Assembly: GCA_030390025.1 (NCBI GenBank)
Contig: CM059434.1
Location: 52,576,001 to 52,640,000 of the forward strand
DNA: 64,000 nucleotides
From: Squalus acanthias
Taxonomy: Eukaryota
Reading direction: 5' to 3'
Part shown: positions 25,529-37,720 of the stretch, piece after piece
Numbering within the stretch: the first letter of the stretch is position 1
Layout of the letters: each line of letters opens with the position of its first letter
Position numbers and translations under genes: made by a program
Notes under the pieces: model-generated
Databases searched by the model: none
What the model was told of the DNA's origin: nothing
What the model saw: only the letters and a program-made list of their open reading frames with translations

Positions 25529-25949
25529 CTGTGACGTTTTCTGAGGCTGGAGAGGCCTGTGGTGGGCCATTTTCCAATTTCTCTTCCTCCTCCTCTTCCT
25601 TGATCACCGGACTGAGGAACGCTCTGTCCAGTGCTCCCTTGGCCTGGAGAGGTCGGCACCCCAGCACCGCATCTATTTCACTGTAGAAGCGCATGGATTT
25701 GCACCTCCTGCCGGATTTCCTCTGATTCACCATTGTCCTGTATTCGTATTTCAGGTTCTTCACTTTGGCTCGGCATTGCTTCCAGTCCCGGTTGACCCCT
25801 AACGCTTCAAGGCTGCTGGAGATCCTCACGAACACATCTTTATTCCTCACTGCCCCGGCCAGCTGATCCTGGATGGACCTATCTTTCCAAATGGACAACA
25901 AGCCTTTGATCTCCTCGTCTGCCCAATTCTTACTTGCTCTCCTTGCCAT
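25529..25949 (-). CDS. Myb/SANT-like (trihelix, Myb_DNA-bind_4-type) protein, coding exon 1 of 4
   Basis: Kozak-like ACAATGG; W..EE...LL.IW...RN...F..IS..L...G..RDWKQCRAKVKNLKYEY...FYSEIDAVLG trihelix signature; donor CAG|gtaacc, phase 1. Spliced CDS 421+93+93+293 = 900 nt = 299 aa plus stop. Confidence 0.9.
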
Positions 25950-26019
25950 TGTTGAGGCGGCTGGTGATTATCCAGCTTATTCACGATTTTCAAGGAAATG
26001 TGGATCTCTCGAAGAGGAT

Positions 26020-26130
26020 GTAAGCTCGGAGGCGGCTCGGTGATGGTGGAGGAGGGGTGATTGGTGTGGGCTCAGGCTGGTCTACACCCACAAAAGGCTT
26101 GCGTCACTGTGTAACCCGAGACTGCAGCGT
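26020..26130 (-). promoter_or_regulatory. Candidate proximal promoter of the Myb/SANT-like gene
   Basis: CpG-containing unique DNA with CCAAT on the minus strand (GATTGG near 26059) and a CRE-like TGACGCAA (26099-26106), 110-160 bp upstream of the ATG. Confidence 0.35.
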
Positions 26131-27140
26131 AAAGCCGATTAATGCACAGCCACAGGGGTCTCAGCACAGAACACTTTCCAACCAAGCGGCTGCAAGCTCA
26201 GATCCCAAGAACTGCCTCTCTCACAAGAAGAATAAGAATCTGAGACTGCAGAATGTAAGAGCGCTAAATGCCAGTCCAATGGAAGCTGTGAGGTACAGGA
26301 GGAGGCAGGTTGTGCTCTGGATTCCCGTTCATACTGATTTAAAAAAAAAATTCTCGTCTATATTAATTGACAACGTCCTGCAAAGCGAGCGGACAACGGG
26401 AAGGAAACAAAGCGCGAGAATTTCTTCCTTATTTTAAGTCAAACCTGTTTAGACAAAATCTATCTATTACGGTTGGTTGATTAGTTACATGAGGCAGGAA
26501 CTACCCCTCTGGAAATATTAGAAGTGACACTCATTATCAGTACACTGTGTATAACAGAAATTGCAAACCCATTTAAGTATGTGGGGTGCTTAATTTTTTA
26601 TGTCAAAAAAGGTACCCCCACCCCAAATGCTGAAATGAGTTTATGTTGTTGGAGCTTGTTCTGTAAGCACAGGAAAATGTGGGTGAGCAGCCATACCAGC
26701 AATAGGGCACCACACTTCAAGCAGGAGGTCATGGAAATATTACTGCGGCAGAGGAGTCATTTTCTTTCCCCTGCAATGGCACACCAGCTGAAAGAAGAGT
26801 CAGGCAACCTGGAGGCGGTCTCTAATTCTGTCAGTGCCAGCAACACTGTGTTGAGGATCTGATTCAGTGTCAGGAAAGTTCAGTGGCAAGGTATGGAACC
26901 ATACTGACATTCATATTAATGTAGGGGTGGCAACTATTACTGGCACGAACTATTACCACTTACCCACACGTTCTTACAGTATTTGACTAGCGTCCCATGG
27001 TAGCCCATTAGGCTGCCTAGCACCTGTCTTTCCCAGGAGCACCTCCTTCAGTAGGAGCTTCCACTGTCCAACCTGCTGCTAACTCCTTCCATTTACAGCA
27101 CCTGCATGATGCATGTTTTTGTCTTCCCAGCACCTATGAC

Positions 27141-28092
27141 TAAGAATATAAGAAATAGGAGCAGGAGTCGGCCATTTGGTTCTTCGAGCTTGCTCCATCA
27201 TTCAATAAGATCATGGCTGATCTTCTACCGCAACTCCACTTTCCTGAACTATCCCCATATCCCTTGATTCCCTTAATATTCAAAAATCTATCAATCTCTG
27301 TCTTGAATATACTCAACAACCGAGCCTCCACAGCCCTCTGGGGTAGAGAATCCCAAAGATTCACCACCCTCTGAGCGAAGAAATATTTCCTCATCTCAGT
27401 CCCAGGAACCAGTCTGGTGAACCTTCGTTGCACTCCCTCTATGGCAAGTATATCCTTCCTTAGGTAAGGAGACCAAAACTGTACACAATACTCCAGGTGT
27501 GGTCTCACCAGGGCCCTATATAATTGCAGTAAGACGTCTTTACTCTTATACTCAAATCCTCTTGTAATAAAGGCTAACATACCATTTGCTTTCCTAATTG
27601 CTTGCTGTACCTACATGTTAACTTTCAGTGATTCGTGTGCAAGGACACCTAGGTCCCTCTGAACACCAACATTTCCCAATCTCTCACCATTTAAAAAATA
27701 CTCTGCTTTTCCATTTTTCCTACCAAAGTGGATAACTCCACATTTCTCCACATTATATTTCATTTGCCATGTTCTTGCCCACTCACTTAGCCTGTCTATA
27801 TCCCCTTGAAGCCTCCTTGCATCCTCCTCACAACTTACATTCCCACCCAGCTTTGTATCATCAGCAAACTTGGATATATTACATTTGGTCCCCTCATCCA
27901 AATCATTGATGTAGATTGTGAATAGCTGAGGCCCAAGCACTGATCCTTGCGGTACCCCACTAGTTACAGCCTGCCAACCCGAAAATGACCCGTTTATTCC
28001 TACTCTCTGTTTTCTGTCCATTAACCAATCCTCAATCCATGCTAGTATATTACTCACAATCCCATGAGCCCAAATTTTGTTTAATAACCTCA
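27141..28092 (-). mobile_element. CR1 LINE 3' fragment with internal deletion
   Basis: GVPQGSVLGP and KFADDTKLGG; lacks about 190 bp present in the sister copy at 41283-42721. Confidence 0.92.
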
Positions 28093-28523
28093 TACCTTGA
28101 TAAACAGGTTGTCGTATCTGTCAGGTCACCAATATTAACGAATCAATCCATGTGTTTGGTTTTGAAGAAAATTGCACATAACAAGAGGGAGAGGTTGAGA
28201 ATGCATCCGCTCTCCAGCTTTGAGGAGCAGGCTCTCCAAATACAGGACTTTGAAGTGGCAGAAGGAGATGGAGAAGTACAAGGCCCAGCACAGTGTTTGC
28301 ACCATACTTATCCTTCCTTTGGTCTCCATTCTACCAGATCTGTTCACTGATACTGAAGCAAGCATTGAACAACAGATCCACACCAGTACTGTAGGTCAAT
28401 GCTAGATGCTGAGGGCATGTTTTTAACACTTTTTGTTCTGTTTCTATAGGTATGGCAGAAGAAGCTAAAGCATTTGGGGCTGACTAACTAGCAGTGAGTA
28501 TGCAAAGGGGCTGGTAATCTTAG

Positions 28524-28610
28524 ATAAAAACAGAAAATGCTGGAAATACTCAGCAGGTCAGGCAGCATCTGTGGAGAGAGAAACAGAGTTAACGTTTCAG
28601 GTCGATGACC
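28524..28610 (-). mobile_element. Penelope-like terminal fragment
   Basis: Same sequence family as 60507-60735; exact 13-bp TSD CTGGTAATCTTAG (28511-28523, 28611-28623). Confidence 0.8.
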
Positions 28611-29684
28611 CTGGTAATCTTAGGATTGACCAAGCCAGAAACATATACATAGCAGGACCAGCTGGATCTGACTACCCAGGAGGTTATATGTAACGGGGTT
28701 GGCTATCCTAGAAATCTGGCAACATTGAGGTCAATTGTTGACCACTTATCACAAAGTGGAGCCTTTACCCACTGAACCAGTGGAGCTTTATTGAGCCAGT
28801 TTATATAGTCTAGATCCAATATTCTGTACTCAACACCAATCTATACGGCCAATGACACCGTCAAATTCCACCCTTCTGTGCCTAAACTCCTGAATTAAGC
28901 AAATAAGAAGTCATTAGATTAAAAGAATGTATTCACTGGTCTGAACCACATCCCCCACAATGAAATGGTATAAATCACAATCGCATCCTCATGCTGATGA
29001 TGTAACTGAACAATGGTGTTCACCAATGGTTTGTTGGCGAATTGCATATGGTGATGTACTGAGGCATTCCGAGTATGGTATGTGCTGAATTAGCTGGAGT
29101 ACATTGATATAGGTGCTACAAATGGCTTTAGTACTCTTAGGTTTGGTGGGGGAGGAGCGGGTGGTGGAAATCCACATTCTCTGTCCTGCTCAGGGCCACT
29201 ATCCTGTGACTCCTGCTAGAAAGTGTAATGCCTGTAATTTTCTCCACGGCTGAATAACCTGCTGACAGCCTGACACTCACTAGGCGAACACATTTCGAAT
29301 GCCACGTGAGAAAGATACTGGAGTACGGTGAGCTTGGAACCATAATTCAGCAATAGTCAACACCTTGAAGAGTAGAAGGGGCGAAAACTGGACAAAACAA
29401 AAAAAACTGACAACAATTCATGTTACAGATCAATGGTTGAGATTATCAAAGAAAATGCTTCTGTCATACTTCTGATAGAAATAACTTCATTGATGATGTT
29501 CTGAACTGTCACAATCCTCAACTCATTTATTTAATAACATTTTATTTTTATATTGAGACAAGTGTTAATGATCTCAGTACAAATTTAACTAGCAGAAAGC
29601 AACATGTAGATGAGGTCCTATTTTGCAGCCAACCAATCTGATTAAATAAGACCAAGAAAATAATAAGGAAGGCAAAAATGGAGT

Positions 29685-30210
29685 AAGGCACAAGTAAGGA
29701 GTGTGATGGAATACTCTCCACTTGCCTGGATGAGTGCAGCTCCAACAACACTCAAGAAGCTCGACACCATCCAGGACAAAGCAGCCCGCTTGATTGGCAC
29801 CCCATCCACCACCTTAAACATTCACTCCCTCCACCACCGGCGTACCGTGGCTGCAGTGTGTACCATCTACAAGATGCACTGCAGCAACACGCCAAGGCTT
29901 CTTCGGCAGCACCTCCCAAACCCGCGACCTCTTCCACCTAGAAGGACAAGGGCAGCAGGCGCATGGGAACACCACCACTTCCAAGTTCCCCTCCAAGTCA
30001 CACATCATCCTAACTTAGAGGTATATCGCCGATCCTTCATCATCGCTGGGTCAAAATCCTGGAACTCCCTACCTAATAGCACTGTGGGAGTACCTTCACC
30101 ACACGGACTGCAGCAGTTCAAGAAGGCGGCTCACCACCACCTTCTCAAGGGCAATTAGGGATGGGCAATAAATGCTGGCTTTGCCAGTGATGCCCACATA
30201 AACGAATAAA
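29685..30210 (+). mobile_element. Non-LTR retrotransposon 3' end (CR1 group, distinct family)
   Basis: ORF 29703..30158: MEYSPLAW...LDTIQDKAARLI...SLHHRR...WNSLP...FK, typical post-RT region. Confidence 0.85.
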
Positions 30211-30228
30211 TTTTTTTTAAAAAAATTG

Positions 30229-31972
30229 GCGGTGGTATTAAGGGGAGGAGCAAAGGCTCTTATAAATTGATCAAGAAGAGAGTCACAAAAGAGCAGATCG
30301 GCCCATTAAAAACATATTTCAATTTGATAATCGTAGAGAATAAGGACACAACAGAAATACTAAATAATACTAATAGTCATGTCCTATGGAGAATGATAAT
30401 ACAGTGCGAGAGGCACACAGAAGACTAGAGATTAGTGAAAGGGAGAAACTTACAGCTTAATTTAAACAGAAAAAAATGAAATGGATAAAATAATGGGATC
30501 GAAGCCAGATAGGCCAGATGGCTTCCACCTGAGGTTATTAAAGAAAATAAGAAGGAAAAATAAGAAACTAAATAACGTAAGATATAATTCGCTGTTTGTT
30601 GTGACTTGGCTGAATTTAATGTACCAGCATGCTTCAAGAGTTCTGCAAACAAACCTTTAAACAGATTTATTTAATTTATGTAACCCTTTTAGACTTGGCA
30701 TAAGCGGCTCATTGTCTACAGATTTAGTTAACTTCTGCAACCTCATCAGACAGGACCTCGAGAATTCTGCAAAACAAACCTTTAAACTGACTGAACAATG
30801 AGGAACTTCTGCAACTCCTTCGGACATGGCGCAAGCGGCCTTGAGGCCCATTGACTACAGATAAGGAGAAAAGATACCCATGATTGAACAACTGTCAACG
30901 TAGTCTGAGACAGAAGAAACACCAATGATTGAACAATAGCTAATTTAGTAATGTGGTCTGAGACACGTATGCATTGGGAGGCCTGCCACGATTTGGGTAT
31001 AAAGGACACAGTTAGAGAACGCTTGGGGGCTGCTGCAGTGAGTCGGGCAACTTGACCGATCACACAGAAAGAAGGGCCTACTAGTCACCGCCAAACTGGT
31101 CACTCGCTGGTGTTAGTATGTATGTATGCTTATGCTTGCTCATTGAAGCATTGCTTGCTTGTAAACTTGATTGATTTTAAGTAAAGAAGTAGTTACCCTG
31201 ACATCTTTGTCTCATTGTCTTCATTCTGGTTCAGGTCTGAACTCTAAGTAATTGTCAAGATACTGTAAAGGGCCTAGTCTTACAATAACTATCGGCAAGT
31301 GAGTTTAACATCAGTAGTAGGAAGGTTACTAGAATTCATCAACAGGGACAAAACAAGGGAGCAAACATACATAACCCTACGCTTGGAAAGGTATAAACTG
31401 ACTAGGGTGAGTCAGTATAACTTTGTGAAAGGCAGGTCATGTCTAACTAACCTAATAGAGTGATAGTCACTGAATGTTGGATAAAGGAGAATCAATGGAT
31501 ATCGTATGCATGGATATTGAGAAGGCATTTTATAAGATTCCACATAAGAGACTGCTAATAAGAATTAAGGCATGTGAAATTGGAGTTAATCTTGTGGCAT
31601 AGATAGGAAACTGGTTGGGAGGAAGGAGACAGAGTTGGGATAAAAGAGAGAGACGGAGTGGTGAGCAGTATAAAGTGGTTTCCCCCAAGGATTGGTGCTG
31701 GGGCTTTTCACTATATATAAATGGCCTAGATTTGAGAATAGAGGAAAGTGTATCCAAGTTTGCAGATGATTTTAATATAGGAGATATAATGAATTGTGAA
31801 GAGAGCTGAAAACTGCAATGAACCTAGCTAGATTAAACAAGTAGGCATAAAGATAGCAGATTCAGTTGAATGTAACAAAGTGTGAGCTCGTACACTTTGG
31901 ACATAACAATGGCATATCGGAGTATCTAAATGGTAAAGCACTATGTGGGCTAGATGAACAAAGGAATCTAGG
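30229..31972 (+). mobile_element. Old, heavily decayed CR1 LINE (5' segment; host of the nested insertions)
   Basis: Remnant NYRQVSLTSVVG (about 31287), SCLTNL, SKFADD; continues at 36921. Confidence 0.75.
30597..31287 (+). mobile_element. Probable solo LTR inserted in the old CR1
   Basis: Interrupts CR1 homology; starts TGTTGTGAC and ends GTCTTACAATA; TATAAA near 30998, AGTAAA near 31180, short internal direct repeat. No TSD seen. Confidence 0.4.
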
Positions 31973-32114
31973 CCAAAAACAGAAAATGCTGGAAATACTC
32001 AGGAGGTCAGGCAGCATCTGTGGAGAGAGAAACAGAGTTAACGTTTCAGGCCAATGAAACTTTCATTAGAACTGATGAAATGCCATCGACTTCAAGCGTT
32101 AACTCAGTTTCTTT
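31973..32114. mobile_element. Penelope-like element, inverted 5' end
   Basis: Inverted pseudo-LTR with mutated hammerhead cores; preceded by AAAGGAATCTAGG (31960-31972). Confidence 0.75.
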
Positions 32115-32428
32115 GGGGGAGAAATTTGGTATCGCCCCATTTGGGGCGCTAATTTTTGAAATCCTGAAAAATTAGCGCCAGACGCTAATGATTCTGAGCT
32201 TCCCCTAAATTGGCTGTTAGTGCTCCTGGAAAGAACTGGAGCGGTAAATCAAGCGCTAATGACCTCAGTAGGGCACTACAGAATTTCAGGTGCAATGCAA
32301 TCGGGAATGATCCTTCACACTGGCTCCTTCCAGCTCTTAAAGGGGAGGTTGCATCATTGTGCAGATCCTCATTATCAGCATTGCTGGCTGTGAAGGCAAC
32401 CTGCAACCAACTCAATCCCCTGATCGTG

Positions 32429-35400
32429 ATGGCTGATCCCACTCCCAGGGAGAGAGCTCATCATTTCACGGACAAGGCATTGGAGGCATTGGTCGCAGGA
32501 GTGGAGCAAAGGAGGGCAGTGCTGTCCCCAGACTCTGGAAGGAGGCCATGTGAAGGAATAAGCCATAAAACCTATTCAGAAAAATATACCATTCTATGAA
32601 AGAATTCTGGCCTTATTAAAACATGACAAACTAGGTCTGAAAATCTGGAAGCCTCAACAATCTAAAACTGTTACAGCATTTTGGTAATAGAGATAAGATA
32701 AGTTGTTGACACTGAATCAATAATCTTATTGAAACAAAAGGTTGGAGGCTCCCGACGGTCTGAATCTTTGGGAGCAGACAATGGTACACCCTGTTAAGGT
32801 GTTCTAAATTATACTTCGGAAAGAAACACATAAAATTAAGAAACATATGCCTTCGTGGGAATGGCATCAAGTGGGGGAGCACCTGCCGTCAAACCGTTTT
32901 TGTGTTGAACTTGGAATACCTAGAGGGGAGGAGAGACATGATTCTGTGTTACAACCAGCTGAGGTGACTAAGAATTGCATAGATCACCCTGGTTGAGGTG
33001 TTTTAATTTACACTTCGTAAAAAGACACAAACAGAAGACCTTGGTAAAAATGACATCAAATAGATGCACCTGCTGTTACACCATTTTTTATGGTGGGTTT
33101 GGGACACCTGGGGTAGAGACATAATTCTGCATTGCTACCAGCTGAGGTGACTGTAAGAATAGCAGGGGTCAGCAGAAAAATGACTAGAGATAATTAGCTT
33201 ACAGCAGCAGAAAACTTCAAAGGAAATACCACTGAAAAAGGATATAAATATTGAACTTTCAAATGGGATGATAGTCTCACTGTAAAGGGGCAAAGCGATT
33301 CTCAGGCTTCAGAGGCAGCTCTGTAAGTCTACAACTCTTTGTACCTCGGGGATCAAGGTATTGTACTGTATTTGATTTTGGTGGATATCCTGGAATAAAG
33401 ACTAAGAACTGTAAAACTGTAGTGAAGTTAAGATCTGATAATAAGAATTGTAAGCTTTCTCTTTTTGGAACTGTTAATGTTGCGATTGAAACACCTACTG
33501 TAATTACATGTCGGTTCTTTAATAAATCTATATATTTTTAGAATTGTCTCACATAATACTAATGTATCAAACTCGCAAACTCAATCTCTGTACGCTCTTT
33601 GGTGAGGAGTTGCAGAATTCTGGGGGAGTTTTCCGGACCCTCATAATATCCGTAACGTTACAGTCTAGCTAAACTTATTAAAAGTGCTATCTGGAGGACG
33701 GTAACATCTTCAGGTTGTTCCTTTCCTTTAGGGAGAGATGGTCCAGACCTTTAGACCCAATTAAGCGTCTTTAGGATTCGGCTACCTCAAACTTTAGTTG
33801 AAAGTGAACGTCTGGGGAATACACCTGATCTGGGGTAGCCCTAAAGGGGCTAGGACTAGTAATAATCCCTTCAGTCATTGCCCCAGGTCTTCAGGGCAAT
33901 GTGGAGGGAAGTGGCCCAGGAGGTCTCGGCCAGTAGTGTGGCCGTACGCAGCCTGACACAGTGCCAGAAGAAATTCAACAACTTCACTCGGGTGAGTACA
34001 TGCTTCAACAGGTCCTGCATACCAGTATCTGAACCTCAGTCTGTACAGACTGCACGAACCACCACACCCCCACCACTCACCCACCAAGCATCTGCACCTA
34101 CTGAAACTCACATCCACATCTCACGCCTTGCCTACAATCACAGCTATTCAACTACGGCAGGCATATCTCCCAAACACATAGCTGGAGTCTGACTCACACA
34201 CATTTGTTTCTCCTGCAGGCCAAGATGGGGAGCAGCAGAGAACAGGCAGGGGTGATGCGCAGCTCCAGCAGCTTTCAGACCTGGAGGAGCGAGTGCTGCG
34301 ACTCAGTCGGCAGTAGGTGGTGGAGGCCGTGGCCCTCGGCAACGCCGACCCCCTTGGGGGCAACAACGGTATGCTCATCCCCTCTCCTTCTCTCATCCCA
34401 CTTCCCCCTCACGCCACAAGCCTTTCCCACTTTCCAGCTCCTGATACTGTCTGCATTCCTTGCTCCCTTCCTGCCCCCCTGCCCTCACCTTAACGCGAAT
34501 CTTGTGCCTTTATGCTTTCAGAGAATCAGCAACCAGATTACCAGCCTGTCCCTGAGCCTCCCACTGAGAGTGAGGAAGGAGAAGAGGAGGAGGAGCAAAG
34601 CACCGCGTCACTGCATGTCTCACCCGCAGACACCACCTCAGATACTGGCACTACGCAAGTTTAGTAGAGGGGTCTGCACTGGGTGATGCACCAGGGACGA
34701 GCGGGCTGCGATGGGGAGGCGTTCACAAGAAGGGTGACGGCCATGCACTCCGAGATGATAGATGCAATGGCAAGGGTGCCCGAGAGCCTCTCAGCAATGG
34801 TAAGGAGCGTGGAGGAGTCCGCCTCCAACATTGAACAGAGCTCTGCGAACACCATGGAGCCCATCATTTCCACTCTGCAGAGGATGGTAGACTCCCAGAG
34901 AGACCGCATGGATCCAGACCGCATGACGCGTGTCATGGGCGATGTGGCAGCTTCCATTGCAGCACAGGTGGAAGCGACGCAACGTCTTAGTGCTGTAATG
35001 CAGACAATGGTTGGTGGCTTCGAATCTCAGACTGCTCTCATGCAGTCTCAGCTTGATGCCACACAAGATCTGACTGCTGCCGTCATTGCTGGGTCCACCA
35101 CAGTCCACCGGGGATCTCATGGTGTCGCAGCAGGCCACCAAGCTGTGCTCCAGCAGATTGGTAGGGATGCTGAGGTGCTGCCCCGGGGGAGTGGCAGTGG
35201 GTCAGTGGAGCAGGAACCTGCTGTCCTCTCTCAGGATGCCAGCATTCCTGATCTCAGCACTGCCATTCCGCCATTGCACTTGTCGCTGCCTGTCATCCAG
35301 CCAGCCCAGACTGCCGCCGCCCATCCTGAGGTGGTGCAGTCTACAGCCAGGCCTTCCAGGCCCAGAGCTGGTCAAGGGCATCCTGCAAAGCCATCTGTAG

Positions 35401-35531
35401 TCTCTGGCACTGACACTCAGCAGCCTTCCACCAGTCCTGCTGCAGCCACTGGGGAGACACTATGTAGGAGCAGTAGATATGGGAAAGGCACTGTAAAGAG
35501 GGAAAGTAGGGGTTTGCACAAGGGTGATTAG
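32429..35531 (+). pseudogene. Harbinger Myb/SANT-like accessory gene (NAIF1/MYPOP-like domain), disrupted
   Basis: Exon 1 (32429-32548 + 33878-33991) rejoins in frame after removing the LTR: MADPTPRERAHHFTDKALEALV...WREVAQEV...SLTQCQKKFNN. Exon 2 starts 34219 (frameshift and TAG); exon 3 starts 34522 (TAG), then ORF 34683..35531. Confidence 0.8.
32549..33873 (+). mobile_element. Solo LTR (1325 bp) inserted in the Harbinger Myb exon
   Basis: TG...CA termini (TGTGAAGG / CCTTCA), 4-bp TSD GCCA/GTCA, duplicated ACCAGCTGAGGTGACT block, TATA-like ATATAAATA and AATAAA signals. Confidence 0.78.
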
Positions 35532-35756
35532 TTAATATTGTTGTTGTATATATGTGGTTAGTGAATTTGAATACATTTATTATTGGAATGTTGCAGATTT
35601 GGTGCTGTGTCTAATTTCAGCTTTGGGGTGTGGTATGGAATGAGAAATTGAAGGAATGATGGGGATGTGCTGAGCAACTGGGAAGTGGCCTCGAATTCAT
35701 TGGAACCGAAGTTTGATGAGGCGGTCACGAGGCCGATTGAGTGGCTGGCTCCTCTG

Positions 35757-36290
35757 TCACTGCTGTTCATGGTCCTGTTCCTCCTCCTCCTCCTCCTCCT
35801 CATCTCCCTCTTCCTCCTCCTGAGGTGGTGTGGCTATGCCTGGTGGCAACGGCTGGGTCCTCATGATGGCCAAGTTGGGCAGCATGCTGCAGACGACGAC
35901 GAAAAGGGACACCCACTCAGCTGAGTACTGGAGGGCTCCTCCCGAGCGGAACCGTTGCTTGAGCACCCCAATGGTCTGCTCAATGATGTTCCTGGTGGCA
36001 GCATGCCTCTCATTATATGACTGCTGGGCAGGAGTGTTGGGGTTGCGGAGGGGAGTCATGAGCCAGGTGGAGAGCGGACAGCCCTTGTCTCCCAGCAGCC
36101 AGCCGCAAGCTTCATGTGGTGGCTGGAACAGAGCTGGCACACCGGTCTGGTGCAGGATGAAGGCATCGTGGCTGCTGCCAGGATAGCGGGCATTGAAGGT
36201 GAGGATTTGCTGTGTGTGGTCGCACACCAACTGCACATTAAGTGAGTGGTAGCCTTTGCAGTTACGGAATACCTCAGGATTGTTATGGGG
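35757..36290 (-). pseudogene. HARBI1-like DDE transposase, C-terminal half
   Basis: FRNCKGYHSLNVQLVCD...YPGSSHDAFIL...LLGDKG.PL..WLMTP...YN..H...R..IEQTIGVLKQRFR; N-terminal half replaced by Penelope sequence. Confidence 0.9.
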
Positions 36291-36920
36291 AGACCAGATT
36301 GGGTGACCGCTTTGCGGAACACCTCCGTTCAGTTTGCAAGCGTGACCCAGAACTTCCGGTTGCCTGTCACTTTAATTCTCCGCTCCACTCCCACTTTGAC
36401 CTTTCTGTCCTCAGCCTCCTACACTGTTCCAACGAAGCTCAACATAAGCTTGAGGAACAGCACCTCATCTTTCGATTAGGCACTTTACAGCCTTCTGGAC
36501 TCAACATTGAGTTCAACAAATTCAGACCATAATCTCTGCCCCCATTTTTTCACATGGTAGCTGTTGATGATTCTGTTATTCCCATTTACACCTCTTCTAG
36601 ACCCATCTTTTGTTTCTTTACTTGTCCCATTACCATCTCCTTTTGCCTCGCACCATCATCCCTTTTGTCTTTTAATCTCTCCTGCCTTCCACCCTATCAC
36701 AGACCTTCCCTTTTGTTCTTTCCTCCCCTCCCTGCTTTCCTTGCCTCTGCACTTGCTTAAAACCTGTAATATCTCTAACTTTTTCCAGTTCTGACGAAGC
36801 GTCATCGACCTGAAACGTTGACTCTGTTTCTCTCTCCACAGTTGCCGCCTGACCTGCTGAGTAATTCCAGCATTTTCTGTTGTTTCAAATTTCCAGCATC
36901 CGCAGTATTTTGCTTTTGTT
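36287..36920 (+). mobile_element. Penelope-like element 3' end: GIY-YIG endonuclease C-terminus plus pseudo-LTR
   Basis: GET..RLGDRFAEHLRSV...PVACHFNS..H...EQHLIFRLGTLQPSGLN; followed by AAAGGGGTCTAGG (36921-36933). Confidence 0.88.
36787..36823 (+). ncRNA. Minimal hammerhead ribozyme motif (second Penelope family)
   Basis: AGUU-CUGACGA-A-GCGUC-AUC-GACCU-GAAA-CG-UU-GACU; cores intact, one mismatch in stem II. Confidence 0.55.
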
Positions 36921-37720
36921 AAAGGGGTCTAGGATCCAGGGACGTGGTCATTAAAAGCTAGTTCACAAATGCAAAAAAGCAATCAGAAAGGTTCATGGTT
37001 GCTGGGTTTCATCATAAGAGGTTTAGAATACAAAAGCAACAAAGGGTTGAACTTGGGTTAGGCCAGTAATGCACGGGCTCAAAACGGGCTCATAACGAAT
37101 CGGCAGCTCAGTGGTGCCATGCCTGTGCCTGACTGACTTCAATGGAAAAGGAAATCGGGCATGATATAAAATGGGCTGCTGATTTGCTATAAGCTCGTGT
37201 CACACTACTGGCAAAGACCAATTTCACCCCTGTAAAGTGTTGCTCAGACCGCATTTAGAATATTGTGTTCTGCTTTCTGGCCCCACCTTAGGAAGATATA
37301 CTGTTCTTGGGAAAGTCCAGAAACAAAACACCAGGATGATACAGGGATGAAGGGACTGAGTTATGATGATAGATTGGGTTAAATTGTGTTATAGTCCCCG
37401 GATGTGAGCAGGTTTAGAGGTGGTCTGATTAAAGTGTTTAAAATAATGAAGAAATTTGACAAGATAGATAGGGAACAACTCTTGCCTCCTGCAGGAGAAT
37501 CCAGGATAAGATAAGATAATCTTAGAATTTGAACTAAAGCAGTTAAAACCAAGTCCTGGACAAAATTCACACAAAGGTACACGAGAATGTGGAAAGCACT
37601 GCTCCAGAAAGCCATAGATGCAAAGTTAATTGAGGTATTTAAAAGGGAGATAAGTACTTATTTGAGAAGCAAGGTTATAAAGGGATCAAAGTTAAGGATT
37701 AAAAAGATACAGCTGCCATT
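36921..37720 (+). mobile_element. Old CR1 LINE, 3' segment, with a small MITE-like insert at 37044-37230
   Basis: Remnant RGLEYKS, RPHLEYCV and CR1 3' region; insert bounded by GGGTTGAACTTGG / CCAATTTCACCCC. Confidence 0.7.

Larger units (their letters stand above)
32115..36290. mobile_element. Two-gene PIF/Harbinger transposon, decayed, right end deleted
   Basis: Left TIR GGGGGAGAAATTTGG shared with the MITEs at 46025 and 47614; convergent Myb/SANT (+) and DDE transposase (-) genes. Confidence 0.88.

Noticed and set aside
25491-25949. Calling the gene ZSCAN20/ZSCAN29 or a named MSANTD gene
   Set aside because: Only the Myb/SANT-like domain is shared; no SCAN or C2H2 exons seen, and orthology cannot be established without a search.
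34683-35531. 282-aa ORF as an independent host gene
   Set aside because: It is the last-exon remnant of the Harbinger Myb gene, whose upstream exons carry an LTR insertion, a frameshift and stops.
35757-36290. Host HARBI1 gene, or functional partner of the intact Myb/SANT gene
   Set aside because: The N-terminal half is deleted, and it lies within a TIR-bearing element that has its own decayed Myb gene.
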